From Staphylococcus phage LY01: 64,000 bases of DNA. The translations under genes and the position numbers were made by a program. The notes beneath the pieces were generated by a model. That model was not told the origin of the DNA and did no database searches. It was given only the letters and a program-made list of their open reading frames with translations. Below, one piece after another: positions 50,799 to 60,386 of this stretch. Where the stretch lies: sequence record OR836606.1. One strand, given 5' to 3'. Each line of letters opens with the position of its first letter. Position 1 is the stretch's first letter.

Positions 50799-51551
50799 TT
50801 AATTAACTAAGCTGTTACTCATATAACTAAAATAATTTAAATCTATTTCTTTTTCTTTAGCTTTCATAATAGTTGCTTCATCTAATTTTTGATTATATCC
50901 TAATGAAGGAATATCAATACCGGTCTGCATAACATTATCACAGTTCATTATAATATCTTTAATATTACTAACCTCGTCTTCATATATTCTAGTAACATAC
51001 CCTAATGTGTTAATTACATCTGATTTCTTTTCATCTGATTCAAGATAATAAATATCAACCTTTTCCATACTTCCCCTAAATAAAGTTTTTAAAAATCTTT
51101 CTTTAGATTTTAAGTTATTGTCAGAAGTCTTAGTTACAATTGACAATTTATTCATTAAAGGAGTATTAATTGTATATGACAAACTTTTAGCTAGATTTGT
51201 TGGCTGTAATGTATCGTATAAATCTTTTTTAAATACAATTTCTTCGTGAAGTTTATTTCTAGCTTCATTAACTTCATCTTCAGAAAATCTTTCATAAACA
51301 TCTTTTCTCACTAACCATTGGTCAATATAATATTCAGGACGATTGAGAACTGTATTGTAATGAGTGCTATAATTATAATCTGGAGATAGTCTGAAAAATT
51401 GATTGTAATAATCAAAATCTTCATGCATTAATTGAACAATTTTAGGTGAAATATTCACTAAAACTTCATCGCAATCAACAACTATATGACCTGTATTCAT
51501 TTCGTTCTCTTTATACATATAATTAAAATTCTCCTTTGTCATAATCTTCAA
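50799..51551 (-). CDS. hypothetical protein, possibly HAD-like 5'(3')-deoxyribonucleotidase
   Basis: N-terminal GHIVVDCDEVLVN resembles the DxDxV motif I of HAD nucleotidases. The call is weak. Confidence 0.3.
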   Translation of the reverse strand: MKIMTKENFNYMYKENEMNTGHIVVDCDEVLVNISPKIVQLMHEDFDYYNQFFRLSPDYNYSTHYNTVLNRPEYYIDQWLVRKDVYERFSEDEVNEARNKLHEEIVFKKDLYDTLQPTNLAKSLSYTINTPLMNKLSIVTKTSDNNLKSKERFLKTLFRGSMEKVDIYYLESDEKKSDVINTLGYVTRIYEDEVSNIKDIIMNCDNVMQTGIDIPSLGYNQKLDEATIMKAKEKEIDLNYFSYMSNSLVN

Positions 51552-52863
51552 TGAATCTATTTTTTAATTCTTTTATTTTATCTTCATGAAATTTAGTTTG
51601 TCTAATTTTAAAAGGTTTAGTGCTGTCAAGAAAATCTGTTGAATGAATATTTTCTTCATCAACTAAAGTCATATATTTAGGATTAGTTGTATTTAGTGCA
51701 TCATATAAATCAAATTTATTCTTTTTCATAAGATTGTATTTATCTTGAGTCATTAAAACTGAATAATAAATATCCTTTAATTTAACTGATCTTCTGTAAT
51801 TAGAAGGATCTTGTAAACCAGGTGTTTCTTTAGTATTAGTTATAATTCCTTTACCATGATACTCCTTACCAATATAATAAACTAAATAAATGAACCCCAT
51901 ATTATCTTTAACGCTAAATAATCTATATCCATCTTTATTTTCATCAAATACCTCATAAATATTCCAATCATTAATTACTCTACGCTTAGCATAATAGGGT
52001 CTATTTTCTGGTTTTAAATGATATGGTTGTCCTCCAATACTAAGTCGTTTCTCATATTCTTCTTTTTCAAGTTGTTTAATATAAGTTTTACTAAATTTAT
52101 CCAAAACAATTGAATGTTCTTCATCAAAACTTTCATAATTATAATTAAAAGGTAATACAATCCTAAAAGTTTTACTTGTACATCTATATAAAACTTTACT
52201 TAGATTTTTTTCATTTAATTTAATTTGGATTTCATTAGTTTCTTCATTATAATTAATATCTTCATCATTTATAGAATATAGACTTTTAGTAATTACATTA
52301 AATGTAATTGGATTAACGTCTTCAATCATATTAATAATGATTAAATTTCTTTCATAATCTATATATGCTAACATGTTATACATATCTAAGTTAAGTGAAT
52401 CAGGGTCATACTTATCCTTTGTTTTATGAGGATCTCTAGCCCATACCTCTAATTCTCCCGCATTTTTAATTTTTAATTTAGAATTATCTTTTAATGTGAT
52501 ATCTTTAAGAAAATCTTTACCAATATGATTTCTACCAATCTCATTTAATAATATTGCTAGTTGATGTTCAAATAACTTAGGTATATCTTTCTCTAAAGTA
52601 AAGAAATAACAATCATTATTAAAATTATTTTTATTGCTTTTACGATATTCCTTTAATAAATCAACTAACTCTTTATCTTCATTAAATCGAATAATATTAT
52701 CAATAATAAATCTATTTTGATCAAATCTATAGAACCATGTCCCATTATCATCCATTTTTCTTAACTTAGCCGGTATTTTTCTACCATTTTTTCTGTATAA
52801 ATTCAAATTTTTACTAAATACATCTGACTGTTTTGCCATAGCATTAATACACTCCATTTTCAT
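51523..52863 (-). CDS. hypothetical protein
   Basis: 446 aa ORF. Confidence 0.4.
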   Translation of the reverse strand: MKMECINAMAKQSDVFSKNLNLYRKNGRKIPAKLRKMDDNGTWFYRFDQNRFIIDNIIRFNEDKELVDLLKEYRKSNKNNFNNDCYFFTLEKDIPKLFEHQLAILLNEIGRNHIGKDFLKDITLKDNSKLKIKNAGELEVWARDPHKTKDKYDPDSLNLDMYNMLAYIDYERNLIIINMIEDVNPITFNVITKSLYSINDEDINYNEETNEIQIKLNEKNLSKVLYRCTSKTFRIVLPFNYNYESFDEEHSIVLDKFSKTYIKQLEKEEYEKRLSIGGQPYHLKPENRPYYAKRRVINDWNIYEVFDENKDGYRLFSVKDNMGFIYLVYYIGKEYHGKGIITNTKETPGLQDPSNYRRSVKLKDIYYSVLMTQDKYNLMKKNKFDLYDALNTTNPKYMTLVDEENIHSTDFLDSTKPFKIRQTKFHEDKIKELKNRFIEDYDKGEF

Positions 52864-53050
52864 TTATTTAAAAATGTATCTTAAAAAAGATACATTTCTA
52901 TTACAATTTTATAATATATATTTTAACATAAATTAAAAATTTATGCAAGAAATTTTATATGAAAGTTGATAAATTTTTCTAATTATATAAAATCAATTAT
53001 TTTATCTGAATACATACCAATATTTTCCAATATGTATCCAGATAAATTAT

Positions 53051-53751
53051 TTAGAATTTAATCATATTAGATACAAATGAACTATTTGAAGATTCCAATA
53101 CTCTAACACCAATAGATTCAATAATATCTTTACCTGGTTTAATATGATCTTCAATCATACTATCATAGTCAATAAAAGGTCTAAACTCTTCAGGAATTGT
53201 ATTACCTTCAACTGCAATTACATTTAAACCGTTTTTAACTAAACTTTCATTCTTAAATACTTCTCTAAATCTATCTAAAGTATCTTCATCAGTTATCTTA
53301 TTTTTAATATCTCCAAATGTACTAATATTCAATTTAACTGCTAATATCTTAGCAGGTAATGCTATTTCTTTTTCTGGGAACATTATATTCCATGCTAAAG
53401 CAGCTCTATATGCCATTTGAGAATAAGGGTCTTTATATACCTCAGCATTATTAGCTTTAAACGGTTTTAAGAATTCGATTTCTCCATTATCTAATGATTT
53501 CTTAATCATTTCTTCTATATCTTTAAATTTACGTATTATCTTAATACGATCTACACCGGTTTTATTTTCTAAAATATCTTTTTGTAATATTTCAGTAAAT
53601 AGTTCTCTAATACGTTTATTAGTATTAACTTTTCTAATAGCCATACCTTTAACATCTAAATCTGGAGGTTGAATTAAATTACCCTCTTGTTGAATTACTG
53701 ATGATGCATAAGTTTTCTTTTTATCAGTTGTTAATTGTTTATCAAGTAAAA
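53051..53751 (-). CDS. DNA polymerase part 2, C-terminal exon
   Basis: The frame is open upstream of the annotated Met. ...DKKKTYASSVIQQEGNLIQPPDLDVKGMAIRKVNTNKRIRELFTEILQKDIL aligns to T4 gp43 ...[51 protein letters not shown]. Confidence 0.6.
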
Positions 53752-53893
53752 CATTTTTATTAGCTTTATTAAATTAATAAAGATTAGACTATATCTTATA
53801 CTTATATTAAGTACATTTATATTTAGTCGTTGAACTTAATTTCTTAAGCTGCTGATTTAATTAATGAACTATTCCAGCAATTAATAAATTTAT
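53752..53893 (-). mobile_element. mini group I intron (minus orientation) in DNA polymerase part 2
   Basis: Family core elements; 3' end ...GCTAATAAAAATG. Confidence 0.55.
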
Positions 53894-54161
53894 CTTTCTG
53901 TATATCGCTATACAACGGAGCATTAACTTGATAATACTCATTTTTCATTGATATTAAACCTAAATGTTCTTCCTCTAATCCTACATCTTTACAGAATCTA
54001 TAGTAAGACAATTCTAATAATTTAGTTATTTGATAGTTAATAATAGATATATTACTTACACGTTGTTCTAATTTATCCTCTAAACCATTCTCTGCAATTG
54101 GAAAATCTTCAGGTTTTAAAGATTTAAATTTTTCGTATAACGGATCTAAGTGAACAAAGTT
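53894..54161 (-). CDS. DNA polymerase part 2 exon (after motif C)
   Basis: NFVHLDPLYEKF... follows DTDS directly. T4 gp43: DTDSVYVCVD. The annotated ATG is the ATG of the intron 3' end ATAAATG. Confidence 0.6.
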
Positions 54162-54315
54162 CATTTATGTTAGCTGTATCAAATATAATACAGATCAGAC
54201 TATATCTTCTTTAGAAATATATTTAGTCGTTGAACTTAATTTCTTAAGCTGCTGATTTGATTAATAAATCATTCCAGCAATTAATATTTTTTATTGACAG
54301 CAATTTTTTATCACA
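54162..54315 (-). mobile_element. mini group I intron inserted right after polymerase motif C (DTDS|)
   Basis: Family core elements. Read-through tail ...NCWNDLLIKSAA of the upstream ORF is intron-encoded; the same tail occurs on ORF 53844..54164. Confidence 0.6.
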
Positions 54316-54888
54316 ACTGTCAGTATCTATAGTTAATACGCTTCTACGTTTCTTGTAATTCATTCTATACATTCTATTATAATCTTGATAATTATATATA
54401 ACCCAATCTTTTAATATTTCAAATAATTCATCTAATAATGGAATCATATCTTCAGGAGGATCATTTGGATCTAAGAAATCTTCTCTGCCAGTCATTTTAC
54501 TAATTTTATTATCAAATATATCGGTATGATCAATTAACCCAAATAAATTATTTTTGAAATATACTTTATTTTTATCTTCTTGACTTAATTTACTAAATAC
54601 TTCTTCTAACTTAAGAAAATCTTCTTCACTATAATCTTCTTCAACATTAGAAACTAAACCTTCTAAAATTTCTTTATCAGTTGGAATTGATTTTATCTTA
54701 ATATCATGATCTTCATATTTTTCACTAATTATTCTTAATATATAATGATATATTTCATCAATCTTCATGAAAAAGATTTTACCGCCAATAAATCTTTCTA
54801 AAGCTATCGCTGAAGTAGTTACAATATCAACTGCTATATAAATTCGTGAATTTAATTTAATTAATTCGAATTTATTCGACTTCGTCAT
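54316..54888 (-). CDS. DNA polymerase part 2 exon containing motif C (LTIDTDS)
   Basis: RSVLTIDTDS aligns to T4 gp43 FIAAGDTDS. The true 5' end of the exon is the IStron 3' splice site near 54889 and is not determined. Confidence 0.55.
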
Positions 54889-55030
54889 TACTTTTACTTA
54901 CTTTGCACTTTAAGTTTTTCGTTATAAACTACTTCAACATAAAGTGTCAACCAAAGCAGAGGTTAAAGCTCTTAAGTCATCACATTTGGACATTCAAGAG
55001 AATTTAAATCTAGTTAGCCTGCCCAACAAA
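54889..55030 (-). ncRNA. putative omega-RNA / IStron right end of TnpB-2
   Basis: GC-enriched segment ...gctgctgtcaacctcaaaatgtacggtaagcgttttgttgggcaggctaac... overlaps the tnpB 3' end and extends beyond it. Confidence 0.4.
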
Positions 55031-56158
55031 ACGCTTACCGTACATTTTGAGGTTGACAGCAGCGTTATAATCTCTATCCATTTTATTTCCACAATCACAC
55101 TTATACCATCTATCTGATAACTTCATCTTATTTTCTTTAGTTAAGACTTGACCACAATTAGAACATAATTGAGTTGATGGGAACCATCTATCTGCTACAA
55201 TAATAGTATTACCATTGCTTTCAGCTTTTTGTTTTAATAAAGTTCTGAATTGTCTCCAATTCATTGCAGAAATAGATTTAGACAAATTTCTATTTTTAAT
55301 CATATTTGAAACTTTAAGATCTTCAATTGTAATATACTGATAATTTTTAATTAAGTTAGTAGTTATTTTATGAAGATAATCTTTTTTAATGTTATTAATT
55401 CTCATCCATATTTTTTGTATTTTGGTTTTCAATACATTGTATTTGTTAGAACCATAAACTTTACGAGATAATCTTTTTTGATAGTACTTAATCTTATTGT
55501 ATAGTGGAATCAATTTATCATTTAATGAATGATATTTCTTAAATTTACCGAAATCATCATTAATGATAGCTAAATCTTTTACACCTAAATCAATACCAAC
55601 ATGGCTATTGTTATGAATTAAGCTCTTATTATTATCAACTTTCATTACTATTGAAGCGAAATATTTTCCAGCATATTTAGATATAGTAACTTCTTGAATG
55701 GAATTATAATTAAACGGGATAGATTCTTTCATTTTAATTAATGAATTAATTCCTTGAAGTTTTAATTTATTATTTTTATCGCCTTTAATTTGTAATGAAT
55801 AATTATTCTTCTTATAGAACCTTGTACTTAATTTAGAATGTTTTTTAGATTTAAATCTCGGATACTTACCGTAACCTTTCCACATCATATTAAAAGCTTT
55901 ACCTAAATCTTCAGTTGCTGTGTCCATAACTTGAGATATTTGATCTTTTTCCCAATCTTCTTTACATTTTTTAAGTTCATCACGAACTTTCCTATGTGTT
56001 GGTTTTGGAAGAGATGTATCAAGTTGATGAGCATTCCACATTTGTTTCCATTTATTAAGCCCTTTATTATAAATATATCTAGAATATCCAAATGCTTGAT
56101 TAAATACTTCTTTTTGTTCTTTATTTGGTTTCAATTCGATTTTAATAGATTTGTACAT
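55010..56158 (-). CDS. tnpB: TnpB (IS200/IS605 OrfB-family RNA-guided nuclease), no TnpA
   Basis: MYKSIKIELKPNKEQKEVF (N-terminal HTH); RuvC-I VGIDLGVKDLA; RuvC-II ITIEDLK; Zn-finger CSNCGQ...CDCGN; RuvC-III DRDYNAAVNL. Confidence 0.85.
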   Translation of the reverse strand: MYKSIKIELKPNKEQKEVFNQAFGYSRYIYNKGLNKWKQMWNAHQLDTSLPKPTHRKVRDELKKCKEDWEKDQISQVMDTATEDLGKAFNMMWKGYGKYPRFKSKKHSKLSTRFYKKNNYSLQIKGDKNNKLKLQGINSLIKMKESIPFNYNSIQEVTISKYAGKYFASIVMKVDNNKSLIHNNSHVGIDLGVKDLAIINDDFGKFKKYHSLNDKLIPLYNKIKYYQKRLSRKVYGSNKYNVLKTKIQKIWMRINNIKKDYLHKITTNLIKNYQYITIEDLKVSNMIKNRNLSKSISAMNWRQFRTLLKQKAESNGNTIIVADRWFPSTQLCSNCGQVLTKENKMKLSDRWYKCDCGNKMDRDYNAAVNLKMYGKRFVGQAN

Positions 56159-56724
56159 GTGATTTCACCTCCTTCAAATATATAATATATACTTAAAGTT
56201 AGTGATGAATTTTAATTAAATTAAACTCACGAATTCCTGATTTAGTGTTTCCACATCAGTTAAATAGCAAGACTATATCATATTCTATCAGAATGATAGA
56301 ACCCTCGCACTTCAGGAATATTATTTCCCTACTCTACTCACTTCACATAGTATTTCAACTATGCTTATTCAGGCGTTAATCCTGTGCTTTCGATAGTCGT
56401 TGAACGTTCATCCATCATGTGGATGCTTCGCTGCTAGATTTTCCATTAGTCCACCCTTAGCACTTAATTTACATTAAGCTTTTATTTCAGCCTAGGTAAT
56501 CTTAGAGTATTTTTTCTGATTTTCATCTGCTTTCACGCTATCCATTACTGGTATACGTTGTAGCTCTCTAAGCTTTAGGAGTTTACAAGCAATTCACGAG
56601 GTTTGCTCACTTCTTTCATGAATTAAACTAACTTTAATTCACTATGAAGTAAGGGAGTTTTGATTAACTATTTTAAAATAATTTAAGTGAGCAATTCGTG
56701 TTAAATCACTTAAATTATATTAAA

Positions 56725-57234
56725 CTAAAATAGTTTCTTTTCTCCACTATAAGTAGTTGCTGGACCTGAATTAGCATCATAGAATGTACTATTTTTCTGT
56801 ATCATAGCACCGTAATAACTGTTAGCTAAGATCTTAATTGTTTTTTGTTCATTCATATATTTATCATGTAAAACATCATCTTTACCTTTATAAATAAACA
56901 TATTGTGCTTAGCTACTTTACGAGAATCTATAAAGTCTTTTAACATTTCCGCATTTAAATTTTTTCTTTGTGATTGAGGCTGATAAATAGAACCAGAACC
57001 AGTTACAATTAAATTATTATTAATAATTTGTCTTAAGGTTGTATCTACATTCATTTTTTGTCCTGATATTTCTATTAAAGCTGGATCTAAATGTTTTTTA
57101 ATATATTCTCTACAGGCATTAATTAGTTTCTCATCATCAATATCAGGTTTTCTTATTTTAATTAATTTAATTAAATTTTCTAAATAACCCGTTATAGCCC
57201 TTTTACGTTCATATTTATTATCTTGATTAGACAT
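56725..57234 (-). CDS. DNA polymerase part 2, first exon (starts with its own Met; polymerase motif B)
   Basis: QKTIKILANSYYGAM aligns to T4 gp43 motif B KILINSLYGALG. GPATTYSGEK aligns to ATAITIFGQ. N-terminus NKYERKRAI aligns to T4 QRKDWKKKM just after the part-1 split point. Confidence 0.65.
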   Translation of the reverse strand: MSNQDNKYERKRAITGYLENLIKLIKIRKPDIDDEKLINACREYIKKHLDPALIEISGQKMNVDTTLRQIINNNLIVTGSGSIYQPQSQRKNLNAEMLKDFIDSRKVAKHNMFIYKGKDDVLHDKYMNEQKTIKILANSYYGAMIQKNSTFYDANSGPATTYSGEKKLF

Positions 57235-57361
57235 AAATACATTCTCATCTCCTTATAAAATCATACTTATATAAGATAAGTTACTATAGTTTAATAATTT
57301 TTTCATATTTCTTAAATAAAACATATTTCTTATAATCATTATAATGAATAATAAAAAATAA

Positions 57362-57664
57362 TTGAAAGGAAGATCTTCCGTTATGAAAAATAATATTACT
57401 CCACTAGAAGAGCAAATTATGCAAGCAACTGATGAAGCTCTTTTACGTGAACAAAATATCATGCGTTTAGATGAACGTACTAAACGTAAGCGTAGATTAA
57501 ATCAATTAGCCTTAGTTGCTGCTAAAGAAGCTCAAGATCCAATCTACTTTAAATATCAAAAAGCTGCTCGTGCTCGTAAAAAATGGCGTGATATAATTCG
57601 TCAAAAATATGCCACTAAAGCCAAATTAAAATTAGCAGAATTAGATAATGTGAATAAAAAATAA
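57362..57664 (+). CDS. small basic protein (100 aa), lone plus-strand gene in a minus-strand block
   Basis: K/R-rich; uses CGT Arg codons, unlike its neighbours; a bidirectional terminator follows. Confidence 0.4.
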   Translation: MKGRSSVMKNNITPLEEQIMQATDEALLREQNIMRLDERTKRKRRLNQLALVAAKEAQDPIYFKYQKAARARKKWRDIIRQKYATKAKLKLAELDNVNKK

Positions 57665-57667
57665 TTA

Positions 57668-57712
57668 AAATTTATCCCAATACCTATTAATGCAATAGGT
57701 ATTGGGATTATA
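57668..57712. terminator. bidirectional rho-independent terminator
   Basis: tcccaatacctattaatgcaataggtattggga hairpin between convergent genes. Confidence 0.5.
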
Positions 57713-58372
57713 TTATTTAAAATTTTCATTTATTTTATATTTTTTAACTTCACTTTCAGAAAGTTCTTCAATTATACTATTCCTTCTGGTATTAAATACA
57801 ATTTCAATATCTTCTAAATAAAATATATTACTATCTTCTATCTTCCCATTTTTAAATAAAGATAGATTAAATGAATATATTTTCCATCCTAAAATAAATT
57901 TAATTTTGTTTAGAATAGAGCAAACTACATTTTCAAAATTATCTTTATCTGTATGGATTATAACATCGTTATCCGAATATTCTATATGAAATTCTTCATT
58001 TAAGTCTATTAAAGATATTTTAGTTGCATGTAAATCATAATATACACCTAAATCTAATTTCAATTCAATATCAGAACGATACTTAGTGAATAATATAGAA
58101 ATAAAATTATTATTATCAATATCACTTGAAAATACTAATGACACATCATTTTTATTTAAATTATTCGAAATAAAATCTTGGATTAAAATTTTAAAATATA
58201 AGAAAAAGCTGATTTTATCATTTAATTTAAACACATTATTTTTTCTTAAGTTTACATCTTTAGAAAAATTGAAGTTCAAATAATTAATTTTTAATCTATA
58301 ATAAAAAGAATCATCGTTGAATCTCAATAAATTTGTATAGTGATTTATTAATTCATCTCTAAATTTTTCCAT
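57713..58372 (-). CDS. NNFK-tail paralog family member (remote copy)
   Basis: C-terminus EDIEIVFNTRRNSIIEELSESEVKKYKINENFK. Confidence 0.5.
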   Translation of the reverse strand: MEKFRDELINHYTNLLRFNDDSFYYRLKINYLNFNFSKDVNLRKNNVFKLNDKISFFLYFKILIQDFISNNLNKNDVSLVFSSDIDNNNFISILFTKYRSDIELKLDLGVYYDLHATKISLIDLNEEFHIEYSDNDVIIHTDKDNFENVVCSILNKIKFILGWKIYSFNLSLFKNGKIEDSNIFYLEDIEIVFNTRRNSIIEELSESEVKKYKINENFK

Positions 58373-58394
58373 TCAAAATTTCCTTTCTCACTGT

Positions 58395-59108
58395 TTATTC
58401 TAATTCTAATCTTTCGTATCCTAAATAACCTTTAGCTTCTTGTATATTATTGTACTTATTAATTACATTAACTAAACTATGTCTTAATCTATGATAAATA
58501 GGTCCTTTAAGACCATCTATTTCATAATCAATGAACATGATCCATTTATTTAATAATTGATCATCAATTTCAATTATTAAATTACTATTCATCAAATATT
58601 CAAATAATGATGTTAAATGAGGATTAGACATTAAACCTTTTAATCTATCCAATGGAACATCTTCTCTAAAATTAGTATATAAAAAATAAGCTAAGTCTTT
58701 GCTATCAGTTTCTTTTATATTAGATTTAATATTTTTTAATCTAGTAATAAATAAATTTTCATTACTGATAGTTTTATCAATTGGATCAATCATTTTAAAT
58801 AATCTAGAGATAGAAGCTTTTCTTATTAAATTAGTTAGAAATTCATCTGGTTTTTTATTTATAAATAAACCATTTGATTCGAAATTATCTATAACAAAAT
58901 CTATAAATCTATTATATTTATCTAATTCTTTTTTAGTAAATAGAGTAGTATCTAAGTTGTTATTAATATAACAACTTAAAATATTACTTTCTATTAATAA
59001 TTGAAATGAAACCATATTAAGCGCAGAAGGATCATCTAAATTAATACTCATGATATGGTCTATTCTAATATCATTTCTATTTTTTAATTTTTCTTCTTTA
59101 ACTAGCAT
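58395..59108 (-). CDS. hypothetical protein
   Basis: 237 aa ORF. Confidence 0.4.
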   Translation of the reverse strand: MLVKEEKLKNRNDIRIDHIMSINLDDPSALNMVSFQLLIESNILSCYINNNLDTTLFTKKELDKYNRFIDFVIDNFESNGLFINKKPDEFLTNLIRKASISRLFKMIDPIDKTISNENLFITRLKNIKSNIKETDSKDLAYFLYTNFREDVPLDRLKGLMSNPHLTSLFEYLMNSNLIIEIDDQLLNKWIMFIDYEIDGLKGPIYHRLRHSLVNVINKYNNIQEAKGYLGYERLELE

Positions 59109-59122
59109 AAGCGGATTCTCCT

Positions 59123-60313
59123 TTAAATAAATGTCTTTTTAATTGTTTCATTCATAATTAATCTCTTTAATTTTCCTTTAGACATTTTAACAAGTGTAGA
59201 TGTTTTACTGTATTTCTCATTTGAAATATTAAATGTATTGTCTTTCATATTCATGTATTCTTTAACAAATTGTCTTTTCTGATTTTCCGTAAAATTATTT
59301 TCAATTAATTTTAATATCTCTTTAACTGCAATATCAGTATATTTATTAGCTGATTTAAAAGATAATAAGAATGATACCTCTTTATAAATATTATCTATTA
59401 ATGTAAAGAAACCAATTTTTGAAAAATATTTAACTTTATCTTCATTCTCAGCTTCCTGTATTTTATCGGTAAAATAATTATAATTTATTCCATTATTATA
59501 TCCTAAGAATTCATGTCCATATAAATTATCTATACCTAATACAAATCTTTCATATAAATAATATTTATTAAATTCATCATATTTAAGACTATTTATTTTA
59601 GACTCCATTAATAAATCTGCGTACTCTAGATCTTCTTTACTATTAATATGATTATTAAATAATTTATAAAAATTGTTTATAATTTTTAATTTAAGCACAT
59701 TATCTTTATGTGAAATATCCAAATCTATTAAACTAGATAATAGTTTCATAAATTTCTTTTTATCACCATTAAACGATAATTTAGTATCTAATAATTCTTT
59801 ATTTAAATTAAAAAATTTATTATTACTTATTTCATCCATATCATTAATGAATTCATCTATATATTCTTCTTTTAATAATCCAAATGAAAAATTTTCATAA
59901 GAAGATTTAAAACTATAAAGGAATTTAATGTTTTTAATATCATTATCTTTACAAAATTTATTTATATAAAATATTAAAGGTAATTGAGATATATTTAAAA
60001 TTATATTTCTATCTTCTTTATAACCATGCATAATAATATCTTTAATAACATTCTTTAAAAATGCTTTTAGTGATTCATTATCTGTATAGTAATAATTAAA
60101 TACAAAACTTATTAAAGAATTACCGTTAAAATTATTTAATATAATATTATCACTTATTGAAATATCAATCTTCTTTTCGAATACAATATCAATATCTGGT
60201 ATTTTTAATAATTTTTCTTTATCAATTTCATTAAGTTCATGATCTTCACTAACATCAATATAACCAATATCATAGTTAATAAAGAAATCTTTCATTGATT
60301 CACTCATATCCAT
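59123..60313 (-). CDS. hypothetical protein
   Basis: 396 aa ORF. Confidence 0.4.
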   Translation of the reverse strand: MDMSESMKDFFINYDIGYIDVSEDHELNEIDKEKLLKIPDIDIVFEKKIDISISDNIILNNFNGNSLISFVFNYYYTDNESLKAFLKNVIKDIIMHGYKEDRNIILNISQLPLIFYINKFCKDNDIKNIKFLYSFKSSYENFSFGLLKEEYIDEFINDMDEISNNKFFNLNKELLDTKLSFNGDKKKFMKLLSSLIDLDISHKDNVLKLKIINNFYKLFNNHINSKEDLEYADLLMESKINSLKYDEFNKYYLYERFVLGIDNLYGHEFLGYNNGINYNYFTDKIQEAENEDKVKYFSKIGFFTLIDNIYKEVSFLLSFKSANKYTDIAVKEILKLIENNFTENQKRQFVKEYMNMKDNTFNISNEKYSKTSTLVKMSKGKLKRLIMNETIKKTFI

Positions 60314-60386
60314 TTCACTCTCCTATTAATTAAAAATTAAATTGAGTTGATAATTTAACTTACCAACTCAATTATATAATATATAT

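Larger units (their letters stand above)
54889..56720 (-). mobile_element. IStron 2: larger group I intron (about 56265-56720) + TnpB + right-end omega-RNA, inserted in DNA polymerase between motif B and motif C exons
   Basis: Minus-strand order: group I P/Q/R/S elements (GAATTGCTTGTAAAC ... GTTCAACGACTATCGAAAGC ... GATATAGTC), Shine-Dalgarno GGAGGTG, TnpB ORF, then a GC-rich structured 3' region overlapping the tnpB 3' end. DNA polymerase coding sequence continues immediately downstream. Confidence 0.6.

Noticed and set aside
3301-54315. Interspersed about 150-nt repeats could be read as a CRISPR-like or MITE-like repeat array
   Set aside because: Spacing is irregular. The copies sit inside essential ORFs on both strands. 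They carry group I P/Q/R/S core motifs with compensatory stem changes, and there are no short identical direct repeats with unique spacers.
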